DNA of 64,000 nt, taken from the NCBI GenBank assembly GCA_011109175.1, contig RDEW01000005.1, forward strand, positions 310,001 to 374,000. Reading direction: 5' to 3'. Each line of letters opens with the position of its first letter. Positions within the stretch are counted from its first letter, which is position 1. This DNA comes from Dicyema japonicum. Its lineage: Eukaryota; Animalia; Dicyemida. A program made the translations under genes and the position numbers. Below the pieces are notes generated by a model. That model did no database searches and had not been told where the DNA came from. It was given only the letters and a program-made list of their open reading frames with translations. Below are positions 37,300-50,395 of this stretch, piece by piece.

Positions 37300-37630
37300 A
37301 AATATTAGCAATTGGGTATTAGCATAGGAAAAACGTGGGAATTGGTAGGTCACCCATCTGAAGGTCGTAGAATAGTAAGGAATGTCAAAAGGTTCTTTTC
37401 TATGCAGAACACTGAGCGCCACCACAACAAAGGTGAACCGCATGAAGCCACGTTAGTTTTTTTTTCTTGCGCCTGCGAGGAACGAATTCTTGAGTCGTCT
37501 AGGGAATCGGGTTTCTGCACGAACAGGAGATCCCATGAGCGCTGCGGCTATTTGAGCGAATCTAACACGCCATCCTTAAGGGATCACCACGCGGTCAGGC
37601 CGTCTGTTGCGTTATCTTTTTATTTATTTT
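37300..37630 (+). mobile_element. CRE 3' fragment
   Basis: Sequence GGAGATCCCATGAGCGCTGCGGCTATTTGAGCGAATC, homologous to the other CRE ends. Confidence 0.55.
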
Positions 37631-37699
37631 ATTCTATTCATATTTAAAATAAAAAATATCTAAGAAAGTCACTTAGACATGGACAACTTGATAAATCTA

Positions 37700-39939
37700 A
37701 ATTAACCCCACTTTATTTAACCAACAATAACAAGTTAATATTTAATAATCAACAACCTTCCTCGCTTGCCTGTTCGTCAGCCTCAGGCAGGTTCGATTAT
37801 GGTTGCTGAAACAACTCCGAGAGCGCCTTGTCCAATTGAACCCTCTGCCCATATGGCATCTCCGGGCTCTGCCTCCTATACTCCAGTGTCAAGCTCTCTA
37901 GGGTCAGTGAACTGTAGATAGGCCTGGATAGCCCTTGTGGTACTTTGCTGCAATTCCTGCCTAAGTCATTACTATCGGAGTAACGAGTACATTGCAACCA
38001 AGCATCTGCCCCATCTCGTTTGCAAGAAAGTTATACTTTTTTTTCCTCCACCTCCACAGTCTCCAAACGGTCTTGAGACGTGATGCCAACTTCTATGATA
38101 AGGACTTGGCCAGACTCCTTATCGTGTACCACAATGTCCGGTTTATTGTGCTTGACTAGAACCGAGGTACGGATAGCACTGTCTACCTTAATTTGGACCC
38201 TGGTGTTCTCTACTCCAGATTGCACCTTATGAGTCCGCAACTTTCTGCTGTGGCGAATACCATACTTATTGCATAGTAGAAGATGAAGACTCCTTACTAC
38301 CTCGTTATGCCTCCACACATAGTCGTGGCAGAGCATGGATCCACATCGAGTGGCTAAATGATCAACCGACATGCTCCTTGACTTACAGTGGGGACATATA
38401 TTTGTTGATCGACCCCAAAAAATATTGCGGTCTTGCATATACGTGTACAACGCCTCCGATCGAGGTGAGTTGTCACCGTATTTTAGCCATATTGTCGACG
38501 ACTTAAGGTCGACATGTGGGTTGTCCAATGCTCTGAAGAGGACCTTATGAAGGCTTTTTAAGTTGATCTTTTCCATCAAATTATTATATTGTAATTCGAT
38601 CAACGCCTTCACATTTACTAGCCCACCATCATCAACACCATACTTAGCAGACAAAAAAGGTCTGATAGTGCCTAGGTGGGTTGCCCGTGTTTTCTCGGTC
38701 GTTATTATGGCGTGCTTCCTAGCAGACACACTTGACCCAGCTATCAGGGTGTCGTGCATTCGCATTAGGATACGCTCACTTAGTTGGACTACTCCACACA
38801 GTCCACGGCCGAATTTATCACGGGGTAAATATAGTCTCTCCTTATTGGCTGCCAGCACATGGACATGGTTCTCTCTGAGTACTCCACGGATCATAACATC
38901 CATCTCATCATACTCCTTGGGCTCAAACTCCACAACACCTATGTAGTAGTTTAGCAGCGAGACAGCATACTCATTTAATGCTAGGAACAAATTCCTTGCA
39001 TTTAGAGACGTCTTACATAATAACGCTGCTCTTTTACGGATGCCTTCAGTAATTTGTCGCTTTGTCTCAGGCATTATAAGGGACTTTGGAGATTCGGTAA
39101 CACCCAGATACTTATATCCTTCGTGTTCCTCTAGGACTCTTACTAACTCGCTACATACTTGCGTGTTAGTCGCAGACTTTGAATAATTCAAATCTAGTCC
39201 TATACTCTCAAAGAATTCCCTGGCACAGACCCCCATGGAGTAGAGCTCCTCGGCTGTTCGAGCATACATCTTCAGGTCATCGATAAAAAGAAGGTGATTT
39301 GTACTGAAACAAACCCCCTCACAATGAACTGGTATTTGCTCAAACCGGTCATTGAGGCGGCGACTCAATGGCTCCAAACAGAGAACAAAGAGTAGCGGAG
39401 ACATGCTATTTCCCTGAAGGATCCCCCTTTTGAGTTTTACCTCGCCTATCCAATGCCTATTATAGTTCAGATGAATACTCCACCTATTCATCACAGCCAC
39501 TACAAAGCTGATGAACCACACAGGCATACACAGACTGTGTAGGCACTCGACAAGGTAAGAATGATCAACTGAATCGTAAGCCTTCTTCACATCCACCCAC
39601 ATAGACAAAAGTGAGTTTCCGTGAGACACAGAAAGGCATTTGTTGATCAAAGCCTGCTCTTTTGCCCCCTACAATTTCTCACAGTACCCAACTGATTCTC
39701 GGAGAGAATCCCATTTGCTTCTACAAAGCTCCTGACCTCATTAGCCATCAATTTGGTCATCAGTTTATACAGGGTTGGCATGCAGGTTATCGGTCGATAA
39801 TCTGCAGCAGATTGAGGGTTGTTCAGCTTTGGGATCAAATAAGTTGTCTCGTTGCAGGCCCAATCAGGAATCGTTTCCGGGTAAGTGATGCTTTTCTGTA
39901 ATACACGACACAAACTCGTGCAATGAAGTGCATCTTTTG
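37700..39939 (-). mobile_element. 5'-truncated R4/Dong-like RT-RLE retrotransposon with 12-bp TSD
   Basis: 539-aa ORF with RT, CPHC..DHLATRC, RHNEVV, KPDIVVHDK and IIEVG; highly similar to 16085-17550; TTGATAAATCTA at 37688-37699 and 39940-39951. Confidence 0.9.
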
Positions 39940-40751
39940 TTGATAAATCTACAACAGGAGTTATTTAATAAAACATAACCCATATTTCAAACTTTCGAAA
40001 TTATAAATAATTTTCAATAATTCTCTTATATTTCTAAAAAATATAATTAAAATATTTAATTGTTGGTTAACCAATTATTATTTTCACGTTGCATTTAATT
40101 TTGTGACGTCTTTAGTCTAGTCCAGTGTTTTTTATCATTATTGTTGGCGCATATGATTACTTTTTTCCCCGACTTAATTCTTGATGAATTTAGTTTATGA
40201 TGCGCTGATAAAATTAAACATTTCGTTTATAGTCATTTTTCATGTATCTAAGACGAGAGTTGTGCATGGCTCAGATCATCCCCATGCACCTTCCTGGACG
40301 CTACTGGAGGACGAAATCGCGAGAATATGGGTTTTTGATTTCTTTCAAGTGGATGTTTGTGCGATCACTAATGTAGACGTGGAGGAATGGTATACGTTAA
40401 TGGGATTCACATTTCCCCTGCCGGAAGAGGTAGAAAGGAGTCTAAGGAATATAGTCATCAACAGAGTTATCTTGTGGGGACTCGAAGCTACCGTATTCCC
40501 GGTTCTATGTCTAATTCTTGTGACTCATGGATAGTTAATCACGACTATGTTACTTTTGGACTGGTAAGACGTCTCTAACGTGATCATCAATGAAATTTGA
40601 GATACAGCTACGAAGGAATTCTATGACTATCGTTAACAGAGAACTCCCCTGAATCGTTATCATCTGCGGCAATGCTTAATATCTCTAGGCAGCTGAAACC
40701 TAATGAAAGTTTAGTTTAACGACCAATGTGCTCAGAAAAACTAATATGTCA

Positions 40752-41466
40752 CTAGAAAATTTCACAAAGTCCAAATTCAAGTAGAATAAGCTTAGTTCTC
40801 TCCAAGGCACTGAAAGTATAAAATTAACCAAACCTCCCATTTCGAATAATTTTGAACATATTTGGACGACTTAGATCAACCACTGTGGATCCGGCTCGCA
40901 TTTCCTCGGTACAGTGCAATCTTCCTCCATCAACTATGAGGTCAAGTCGAGGCCACAAGATTTCAAAGTCCTCAAATGAGCAACTCAACTACCTCCTTGC
41001 ATAAGGGACTCATATCACCACTTATATTAGCACTCGTCAGCAAAATAGGACTCCCTAGTTGTTTCACAATTTGAACCACCAACGGGTAATCAGGGATTCT
41101 GAAGCCTATGAGTAAACTTCCAACATTCAGATGAGAAAAATCAGTCACAGTTCTTTCAAAAAGAAGGGTCACTGGTCCCGGAAGCAGTTTGTTCAATAAT
41201 TCAGAGGAAACCGTAACTTTTGCAAAACTAAAATTTATTTTTGAATGAAACTCTGATATTTGATCAACTGAACTGATGGCTATCGACAAAGGCTTAGTGT
41301 AGTCTCTTCCTTTGATATCATATATTTTATCGAATGCCCTAGAACTAGTGAGGGATCCTGCTATTCCATAAATGGTGTCAGTAGGGATGGCTATAATTCC
41401 TTCGTTGATGAGAGCACAGACTGACTTATTTATGACTGAGGACGCGGAAGCCAAAAGTATATTCAT
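40752..41466 (-). CDS. YRDC: Threonylcarbamoyl-AMP synthase YRDC/Sua5
   Basis: IAIPTDTIYG, IKGR..KPLSI, LLPGPVTL, GFRIP, LTSANISG|DFEILWPRLDLIVDGG..GSTVVDLS..IIRNG|ALERT; three 22-24-nt introns; TAG at 40752-40754. Confidence 0.92.
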
Positions 41467-41559
41467 TTATTTGAGTAAAATTGTGGTTTTTATTTTAAAA
41501 TAACATTAAAATTAAAAAATCGATTTATTTAAAAAAATAAGATTAAAATTATATCCGAA

Positions 41560-41865
41560 TCAAAATTGTGGAGGAATTCCGAAGAGTATCTGCAACATTC
41601 AAATGAAGGCAAAAAACCTACTAAGGTAATATTCCCGTGTGGAAATCCTGCCCAGAAACCTAGAAAATATGATAGAGGCGACTGGAACAGTGCCCCTGCG
41701 AAGGACTCGAGTATGCGGACCCCGTCCATATCGGAAATGCGCAGGAACGCAGTCGGAACACCGAGAAAAGGTGCGGAGACTGTTGAGGGAGGCCGGGATC
41801 ACCTGAATTTTGTTTATTTTGGATATGATGGTGGTTTTCTGGTTCAACAATAATAATAATAATGC
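41560..41865 (+). mobile_element. Vingi-like 3' end
   Basis: GGCCGGGATCACCTGA...AACAATAATAATAATAAT tail. Confidence 0.6.
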
Positions 41866-41899
41866 GTTGGTAGGCCACCCTTTTAGAAGGGTAGGGAAA

Positions 41900-43200
41900 T
41901 TCGAATGGTTCTCTTCCTTGCAGAAGGTTTTCTAGTTCAATAATAATCTGACCGGAAGAGGAAGCGGGGTGGTGGTCTATCCATTTTATATCGGAAAGAT
42001 CTTAAATGTGTGGACATCACTGATATCGACTTGGTCAGTCACTTACAACTCAAGAAGTGACCATAATGCCATCCTTTTGAAGATCAAGAGAGAAACGTCA
42101 ACTAGGAGGAGGTCCCCAGAACAATTCAACTACAAACGCGCAGACTCGAGACTTTACCGTACACCCATAAAGACCATAAGAAGTCAAATGTATCCCCGAA
42201 ATATTTCAGTAAACCGAAAAATGAACCGGATACGATTCACTTCACTGAAAACGACGTGAGATATGCATTGAAAGCCATTAAAACAATTTATTCTAACGGA
42301 CCGGATAAGATCCCAATGATCCTCCTAAAGAATCTGGGAGACTATGGAATCGCTGCATTAACGAGGAGATTCAACCACTCTATTAACAAAAATTCTATTC
42401 CTGCCTTATGGAAGCTTACCCACCTACGTCCAATTTTGAAACCCGGTAAAGTGAAGAAGGACCCAGCTTCGTACAGACCGGTCGCTTTATTGTGTACGGT
42501 GTTGAAAATTCTAAAAAGACTGGTTCTTCCGAAAATCAAAAATTTCTTCCCGGACTTGTCATTTCAACATGGTTTTAAAAAGGAGAGCTCTACTTCAACC
42601 CACTTATCTGCATTGACTAGCTTTATACGATATGGTTTCTCGCACAGTCCGAGACACATGAAGACTGTACTTTGCTCCATAGACGTCCACAAAGATTTTG
42701 ACTCTGTGTCAAGGAGGATTCTTACTTGGAAAATTTACTAAACTAGATCCCTCAAAGCTCAAACTCTAGCTAGCTAACTTCCTTGGTGGTCGGAGGGGAC
42801 GCGTCTGCATTGGTCAGTCAAGGTCTATTTCACGGCTTCTCCTTATGGGGTTCCCCAAAGATCCCCTTTGTCTCCAGTTTTATTCAATCCACTCATGGCG
42901 GACTTCCCACTCCAGACTCCGAAAGTGATATTCTAACTTATGCCGACGACATCGTCATTGCGTCACGCGATCAGGACATCCAGATTGCCACTTCGCGCAT
43001 GCAAGAAAATCTGGACCGTTTTGACGAATGGCTATCAAAGAATCGCCTAACTGCCTGCAGTGAAAAGTCCGTCACAACCCTATTTACTTCAGACAAAAGA
43101 CTGGGAAGACGGTCGAACTGAAAGCAAATGAAATGCCTGACAGGCTTATGGAAGATCGAAAGCATACTGTTTTGAGCACTGTATATAAACAATTCATTGA
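41900..43200 (+). mobile_element. Vingi-like LINE APE-RT fragment
   Basis: GGGLSIL, SDHNAI, GPDKIP..LKNLG..WK..PILKPGK..SYRPVALL..QHGF..DVHKDFDSV..YADD; 42750-43110 closely matches 25200-25570. Confidence 0.85.
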
Positions 43201-44860
43201 ACCATGAACCCGACGGAGCTGATCCCGAGAAGAGAGAGCTTAAAAAAACTTCTTACTTATTTCCCCGGACGATCTCAAATGCTAATATAAAGATAACGAC
43301 AGAGGACGTCGTGATTGCCATTAGAGCATGCAAAGCTAACGCCCTGGACATGACCAAGTTATCATGAGAATGTTAAAGGAAGGCACAGATGATCTGCTGC
43401 TCGTGCTGAAGAATTTTATTCAACGCGAGCATAGATTATGGTATGTCCCCAAACGCTTGGAAAACCTCGATGATCCTGAATCCGGGAAGTCGGAGGGACC
43501 CTCTCAACTATAGGCCGATCAGCCTCATCTTTTTCCAAGATTGTTGAGCGAATTATCTTCAAGAGTATAAACGAGCACATAGAAGAACGTCGTTTCCTCC
43601 TCGCAAAACAATGTTGCTTCAGACCTGGAAAATCCTGCACGGATTGCATCCACCACATGCATTCGGTGGTATTGAGAGGTCTGGAATTCAATAGACAAGT
43701 TAACCTGGTATGTTTGGACCTGTCCAAGGCTTTCGATAGCACATGGCATGGAGCCCTGCTATCAAGGCTAGCGGCTGCTAACATCCAAAGGAAACTTTTC
43801 ATATGGATAAAGTACTTCCTAACAGGACGGACTTCCCGAGTACGTGTTGGGACGAGTATGTCAAAAGATATCCTACTGAAGAGGTTGCGTTCCACAGGGC
43901 TCTGTCTTGAGCCCGCTTCTGTTCAATATGTTTCTATCAGACTTTCCAATTCCCCCGGGTACGAACACCAAACTATATACGCAGACGATATTCTAATTAC
44001 AGATGTCTGGGAAGTCAACTTATCGGAAAGAGTCATTCATTGACCAAGTGCAAGATTGGTGCTCAAAGAGGGATGAGACTCTCTACGGAGAAGTCCAGCT
44101 ACTTGAGAGTTATCCGTCTACGGAACACCGTACTCAGCTACTCACTTGATATTCCAAAAGTAAACTCACTCCGCTACCTCGGGATAGTTATTGATGGAGA
44201 AAGCTCCTTCATGGAAGATATCAGACGAAGAGCAAGTTGTTCGTAAGCTTGGAAACTTTTTGTTTATCTTCAGGAGGATCATTCTACCAGAGTTACTATA
44301 CGGGTATGAAGCGTGGTTTTTCTCTCGTCAAAAGGATAGGATAATGTTACTCATGGAAAAGTCGAGAAGGTCAGCAATAAAGTTGGCACTGGGGAAAAAG
44401 CTGTTTGATGTCCTAAGTACGGAAAAAGACAAGATTCTTGCACCGGTTAAAAATATTGTTGAGAAGAGGATCAAGGGGATCCAACGCTAGGACGACTTCC
44501 TGTTGAATAAAGTGTTTTCGGTTTTGTTTTCGGTAATGCATCTCTTATACATGTGGTATATGGGGCCCATTCATCTCTTGTACGAATGTCTTGAAGATCG
44601 AGGCTAGCCTGAAAAGAGCCTTCAAAATCACGGAACGCTGGATTTCTGGAGAGTTCCAGCCACTTGAAGCCTTGATACGAATGAACTATGGAACGCGCTG
44701 TCGTAACTGAGAAGACCCAGTCATTCGACCGATACGTGCTTGTGTGGGGTCGAGGGAGAACATCAGGCCAAGATGAGGTCCCTGCTAGTGCGTGCTGGGA
44801 TCACGTGATTAGTTAGTTTGTGTAACCGTGGTTTATGGTGTTATTATTATTATAATAGAG
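43200..44860 (+). mobile_element. Jockey/CR1-like RT fragment followed by a Vingi-like 3' end
   Basis: LDLSKAFDSTWHGALL..IKYFLTGR, YADD, RYLGIVID; 44560-44860 matches 25820-26120. Confidence 0.7.
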
Positions 44861-45180
44861 AAATCCCAAAATATGGATTAATGTTTTTATATAGTATTTC
44901 GTTACTAGTGGCGAATTTTCCTTCGATCTCAGCTTCCTGGACAATGCACTTTCGATCACTGTGATTAAATGAGGCTCTATTAGAACACATCGAGATCAAA
45001 TTAAATTTATTGAACAAGAAAATCACTGTCATAGCCAGAATGGAAAAAATCAGTCTTTGCATGCTCATAATTGAAGGAGGTGCCGTCTATGGGAACTCCT
45101 CTGGATGGTTGTTGACTAATGGTCCTGTTTGAATAAAATTTAGGATAAAATCTGGCGCCAAGTGGCATCAAGGATAAGTT
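44860..45180 (-). repeat. ~300-bp dispersed repeat, second copy at 61340-61670
   Basis: Shared AGAGAAATCCCAAAATATGGATTAATG..ATGCACTTTCGATCACT..CTCTATTAGAACACAT; both encode MCSNR.SFN.SDRKCIV..AEIE. Confidence 0.75.
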
Positions 45181-45269
45181 AGTTTTATTTTAACGTTGGT
45201 TTTTTAAATAATTTAATTATTTCGCTCTATTTTATTTTTTTAAAATCTAAAACAATTCACTATCGCCAA

Positions 45270-45830
45270 AAACTAACAATTAACAACTGATGGATGCTCT
45301 CATAATTGAAAACGCATCTCCCCTTACGATTTGCAAGGAAATGCGCTCAATGAGCCAGCTCCTTTCTCTCCTATTTTTTCTTCTTCGCGATGAGCGAGCC
45401 GATCCTGTTTAGCAGGGTCAGCGACCTGCTTCCAATTATTCTTATCGTTTCGTCTGCCACTGGTTCGAAGGTGAATTATTCTCTAGACATCCTTATTTTT
45501 TATCTTTAGTGTCTCAGTTTTCTAGGAAGCTGAGCCTGGATCAATTGCTGTGTTGAGAGGTTAGAGGGAGAGAGGCTATCGACACAGGTGGCGTCTCAGG
45601 CCATGTATTTACCACTCTCCCATGAGAAGAGAGTGGTTCCGTCCGGTCTTCGATTGGCTTGAGCAAGTCCAACCGGCTCCAATTGGACAGGAAATCCGGC
45701 AGCCTCAAATCCCCTAGCATTAACTCCATTTATTATATATTGGTTAGAATCGAACCGACTCTGTCTGTTGAGAAATCTTCCTATACAATTTCTCAATCGA
45801 TTGAATAGAGATTTGGATGTTATGTTATGG
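45270..45830 (-). mobile_element. CRE RLE / 3' fragment
   Basis: LEPVGL..RRPDGTTLFSWESGK..DATCVDS..FEPVA.ET. Confidence 0.8.
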
Positions 45831-46006
45831 AAATCTTATCCCACAAAACTGAAACCCTATAATATTGGGGGTGGTGTTTGATCCATTATTATCGTTTTCT
45901 CAAATTTAAAAAAAGGCTTTGATTAGCGGGTCTCATAAATGAATTACATAAAAGCGCTATTTTCTTTTCTGTTCCAACTGTTTCTGAATGTTCAGTTCTT
46001 CTACAC

Positions 46007-47266
46007 CAGTGATCCCAACCTTAAGGTGCTCTTGAACCCTTTTGGGCTAATTTATTTTTTGCGGAACCCTTCCAATTCAATTGTTACTATTTTCACTTAA
46101 AACATAATCGTAATAATCAAAAACAATTTTAATGTGAACATTGGGGTAACTTTTTATTATAACATCCTGTAAAGTTAGTAGTTACTGTTGACAACTGCAT
46201 CCATATAGCGGAAGCATTGAGTTTATTTATATATTGTTTTGGTAAATGTATATATTGAAAACCCAGACTCGCATAAGTAAATGGTTGGAAAAAAATACTG
46301 TATGTATAGTCTTTCCTAAGATATCATGATATTTTGAAATGTATGTTCTCAAAAATTAAAAAAGGATTCATTTTATATATCTGATTTGACGTTGACTCTG
46401 ATGTCAATAAGATGCTCAAATTCAATTGATTTTAGATTTGCTGGTATTACTTTAACTTTGAATAGATTTTGAACCCAATCGTCATCAAATTTATCCGGAA
46501 AATATTTCGCAATGTTATCATCAAAAATTACCAAATGATCTTTGATGTCCTGAAGTAATGTATTGTCCAATGTGCATTCTTATTCATCAAGATACTCTTG
46601 CAAATGGCAAAGCATGTAATGTTATTTTATTTAAGTATGACCGCCAAAATTCAATTTTCCGTTTTAAGGCCATCAGTTTATCGTTCAAAATAAAAACAGA
46701 TTGATATTTTCCTTGTAGAGATAATGTAAATTTATTCAGTTTATAATAAATTGAAACCAAATGTACAATTCTCTGTAAACATTTTTTTGTAAATTGGAAA
46801 ATTTCGTTTCTTGAAATACACAACAAGGTCGTTTCGTAATTCGAACAAACGTTCCAATACCCTTCCACATGACAATCATCTTACTTCTGTACGGATGATC
46901 TTTTTTGAACATGGCTTTATAAGATTTTCGCAATTGTATTTGCTTTTCCAAAACATGCTACAAGAAAACTCACCTGCTTAATTAAAATAATTCTATACTT
47001 CATAAGATGCTCTGTTCTATTTTAAGTTGTCGTTTTTTCGCAAAATTGGAGCACCTAGTAGATACATTCAATATTTTTTTGAATCTCATGCAATTATTGC
47101 TTCTCATTAGAAATCTTATAAAATTGACTAACTAACCAGAAACAAGATAAACGTGATGTTTAATATATTTTAATAATTAAATATTATATAACAAATTTCG
47201 CGGAACCCTAAAACTGGCTCTGCGGAACCCTGGGGTACCCCCGGAACCCAAGTTGGGAAACCACTG
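46007..47266 (-). mobile_element. Internally deleted hAT (Buster-type) DNA transposon with TIRs and 8-bp TSD
   Basis: TIRs CAGTGATCCCAAC and reverse-complement CAGTGGTTTCCCAAC; TSD TTCTACAC at 45999-46006 and 47267-47274; LNKFTLSLQGK..KLMALKRKIEFW. Confidence 0.9.
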
Positions 47267-47699
47267 TTCTACACAATCAGCTTCTTAAACCGATTGCCGA
47301 GTATACACGTGCGCTCTGGGCTTTCGACTTTTCATAAACTGGATGAATATCTGAGGTATACTTCCTTCCAAAAAAATTTATCAGCTACCTTTGCATTCCG
47401 ATCTGGGGCTTCCGAGGCTGAAGATACTAGAGGAGAAAAAATCACTGACTGACATACAGATTAAGAGAGTACTCGTTTTTAAGATTTTTAATAACGGTGG
47501 TCAGAACATAACTCAGCTTCGTCAACAAGTTATTTCTTTACGCAATCCTCTTGACATTAGATGGACTATTCTTGTATATATTTTTCTGAGTATTTTTGGA
47601 TCGGGTCCACCGCGTTTACCGTCATAACCGATAAAGCTCACCACCCGGTTGCAGGTTGACGGACAACAACTGAAGGATATGATCACTGTCTTATAGAAC

Positions 47700-48820
47700 A
47701 ATAGGAATATCCGTCAGTTCGGTAAGAGTGGGAGAAATTGGAAAAACACTAGTATGTCTCTCAGTACCCAGAGAAGTAGTTATCATCTTTTTATGTAAGG
47801 ATTTTCTGAAATCATCTTCAAAAGTTTTCAATTTTTGCATCAAGTAAATATCCTTAGAGTTTATATCACCCCCTGGAATCGCACACTCATCACTTAAATT
47901 ATCAAAGTCATAATGTGATATACAATGAATTATTGAATTTATTCCCTTAATATCTTTCGAAAGGACTTTCGTTAGAAAATGAATGGACCGATATAACTGT
48001 AGACAGCACTTTCTAATTTATCAAGCCACTTTTTTCACTGTTATCCAGCATTTTTGACAACTTCCTCGTGATCGTCTGATTAAATCTTTCGACAATTCCT
48101 TGTGCTCGTGGATTGTTAGGCTTCCGTGAATTTGCTTAATGTTAAAATCTTCGCAAAGTTTTGTTATTTCTTGATTTTTAAATTCAGAACCTTATCAGAC
48201 TTATTATAGAGTGGTTGTACAAAAGCGAATCTCTATAAATTAAAAAAACCAACCTACTATATATGTCAATGACCGTTAAAACCCATTTGAAATTTTCATT
48301 TAATGTTAAAACTTTTCAGGTCTATTAGATCTACCTGAAAACGTTCATTTGGAGAAGAAGCAAACACATGGTGATTTATATCTCCAATCTACAATTATAA
48401 AAATCACGAACTTTTAAAGGACGCGAAAATTTGCAGACTTCACAATTTCGAATGACTTTTCTGACAATCTCATTCTTTACAGTGAAGTATCTTTGTCGAC
48501 ATTCATACTCAATTTTATTGACTCTCCGTGTGAAAACTCGTGCAACGATTTAGCAACATGCTCCATTTCGGTTCATTATCCAGGGATATGACTAACTTGG
48601 AATCAGTTGATTTAAGATACAGTCTAAAATTATTGCAAATTTACAATACCTGTCATTGATAATGGAAAAATTCTCAATCTTCTTTACAAGCCTATGTTTT
48701 TGGTGCCTCGGAAGATTTTCGGGAAATTTATCATGCAAAGCATCTTTTAAAGTTTGATATCAACGCAATCTTTCACAAAACCCTTGTAAGAAGCAATTGC
48801 AACAAAATAATCTTCCATGC
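47700..48820 (-). mobile_element. Second Ginger2/GIN-type integrase remnant with micro-introns
   Basis: SDKGSEFKNQEI..IKQIHG..P.AQGIVERFNQTI; GTATTGTAAATTTGCAATAATTTTAG intron near 48625-48650. Confidence 0.65.
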
Positions 48821-48979
48821 TATAAATCACGCTAAATCTAGGTTTACCGATATAAAAAAAATAAAATCTTTATAATCATAACATTTATGAATAAAAACTA
48901 ATTTAACAGAATTAAATCACGATATAAATCGGATATACAAAATTAAATGTCAAATAATCAAAAGACCTTTTCAAGGTCG

Positions 48980-49740
48980 AAAAAATGTAACAGGCTGCCC
49001 ATGCGTTACGACAGAGATTAACCTCTTCGAATGGGAAAATTGTGACTCCATCTCCTCTGTTCAAGCCAGCAGGTTCAAGTATGAAGGGTATCCAGCAGAC
49101 TCTAGTGCTCGCTTAACAATTCCGTTGATCGCCTTATGTCTTGGGAATCGTCCTGCGCTTCTTCGACAAAATATGGCATGGTGTCCATAACAGTCGATGT
49201 TATCGCCACATCGGCATTTGTGAGTGTGGCAAATCTTCAGTCAGTCTAGTGGAGATGCCGATGCGGAGAGTGTCGTCGTCAAGGTGGGTCTCGAAACAAC
49301 AAACGGGGAGGGCATTGATACAAGCGCCACTCCCTTCGCATCTTTCAGTGACTAGACAAGCACGTCTGTGTTGGTTTGATTGTTTCAGAAGCCTCTCATG
49401 TTTATCTTCACAGATGGTCTGTAACGGTCTTTCTGCTACGTATCTTCACTTTCAAAGGCTCCGTATCTGTGATTTCAGACTATTCTGTTTGGGGTTGGAG
49501 AATCAACCTGATCAGCAGTCGGCTAAAGCACAAAGAGGACAGATACTGTGGGCAAGCCAAATCCTTAGGTGAAAGGATTTCCAGTCCACCAAGGTTAACA
49601 TGTAGGGTCGATTGGTCCTATGCTCGGTCGTTAGATTTAACATTGGTGATACGTTCAAAAGTGGTCTAGAAGAGGGAATCGAAAGTATCGAGCTGTTGTA
49701 TTTTCAGGTAACATGGTCCTCAAAGAACTTAGTTCAATTT
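48980..49740 (-). mobile_element. CRE post-RT/RLE fragment
   Basis: GSGA*INALP..HLDDDTLRIGI..ILEPAGLNRGDG. Confidence 0.75.
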
Positions 49741-49885
49741 TAGTGCTGATAAGGCGCTTCTCAGCAGAAATAGTAGAAAGTTTATGTGCGTGAAATTTGG
49801 TATCACCCAAAAAAATTTACCACATGAAGAAATTGGTTTGAAGCTGTAGAATATTATTATTAAAATATTAAAAAAAAAAAAAAAA

Positions 49886-49958
49886 TACCCCGACTGGGAA
49901 TTGAACCCAGGACCTTTCGCGTGTAAAGCGAACGTGATAACCACTTCACCACCAAGGC
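49886..49958 (-). tRNA. tRNA-Val(TAC)
   Basis: Reverse complement GCCTTGG TG GTGAAGTGGTTATCACG TTCGC TT TAC AC GCGAA AGGTC CTGGG TTCAATT CCCAG TCGGGGT A followed by a long T run. Confidence 0.88.
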
Positions 49959-50395
49959 ATTTGAAGTTAACAACTATCCTGAACGCTTTCACTATGTCGA
50001 TATTCGTTTTGAACTATCTACACTGCTAAGACAGACTGATCTATTTAGAGCGACAAGCTCTTACGACTCTGTCTTGGTTGGATCACTCTAAATCAAATTA
50101 AATTAAAATTATTTCCCATGACCAAGTAACTAAACTAACTAACTCCTCGATCCTGACTCGTTTAAGCATTCCATAACTTGTCATCAGGCAACGATGTTGT
50201 CCCCGGTGAAGAGTTGTTGGATCCTCTTGATGCCGACCAGGCATTACGCGCCTCCTCAGTAAGATGGATACATGACGCCATCGGAAGGAAGGAAAATAAC
50301 TATGACAAACTATCCACGTAGCACCAATAACAAGCTATTCACTTAGCACCACATGGCGCCACGCGATTTTGTTATACTCTTAACTTGTTAAACCC

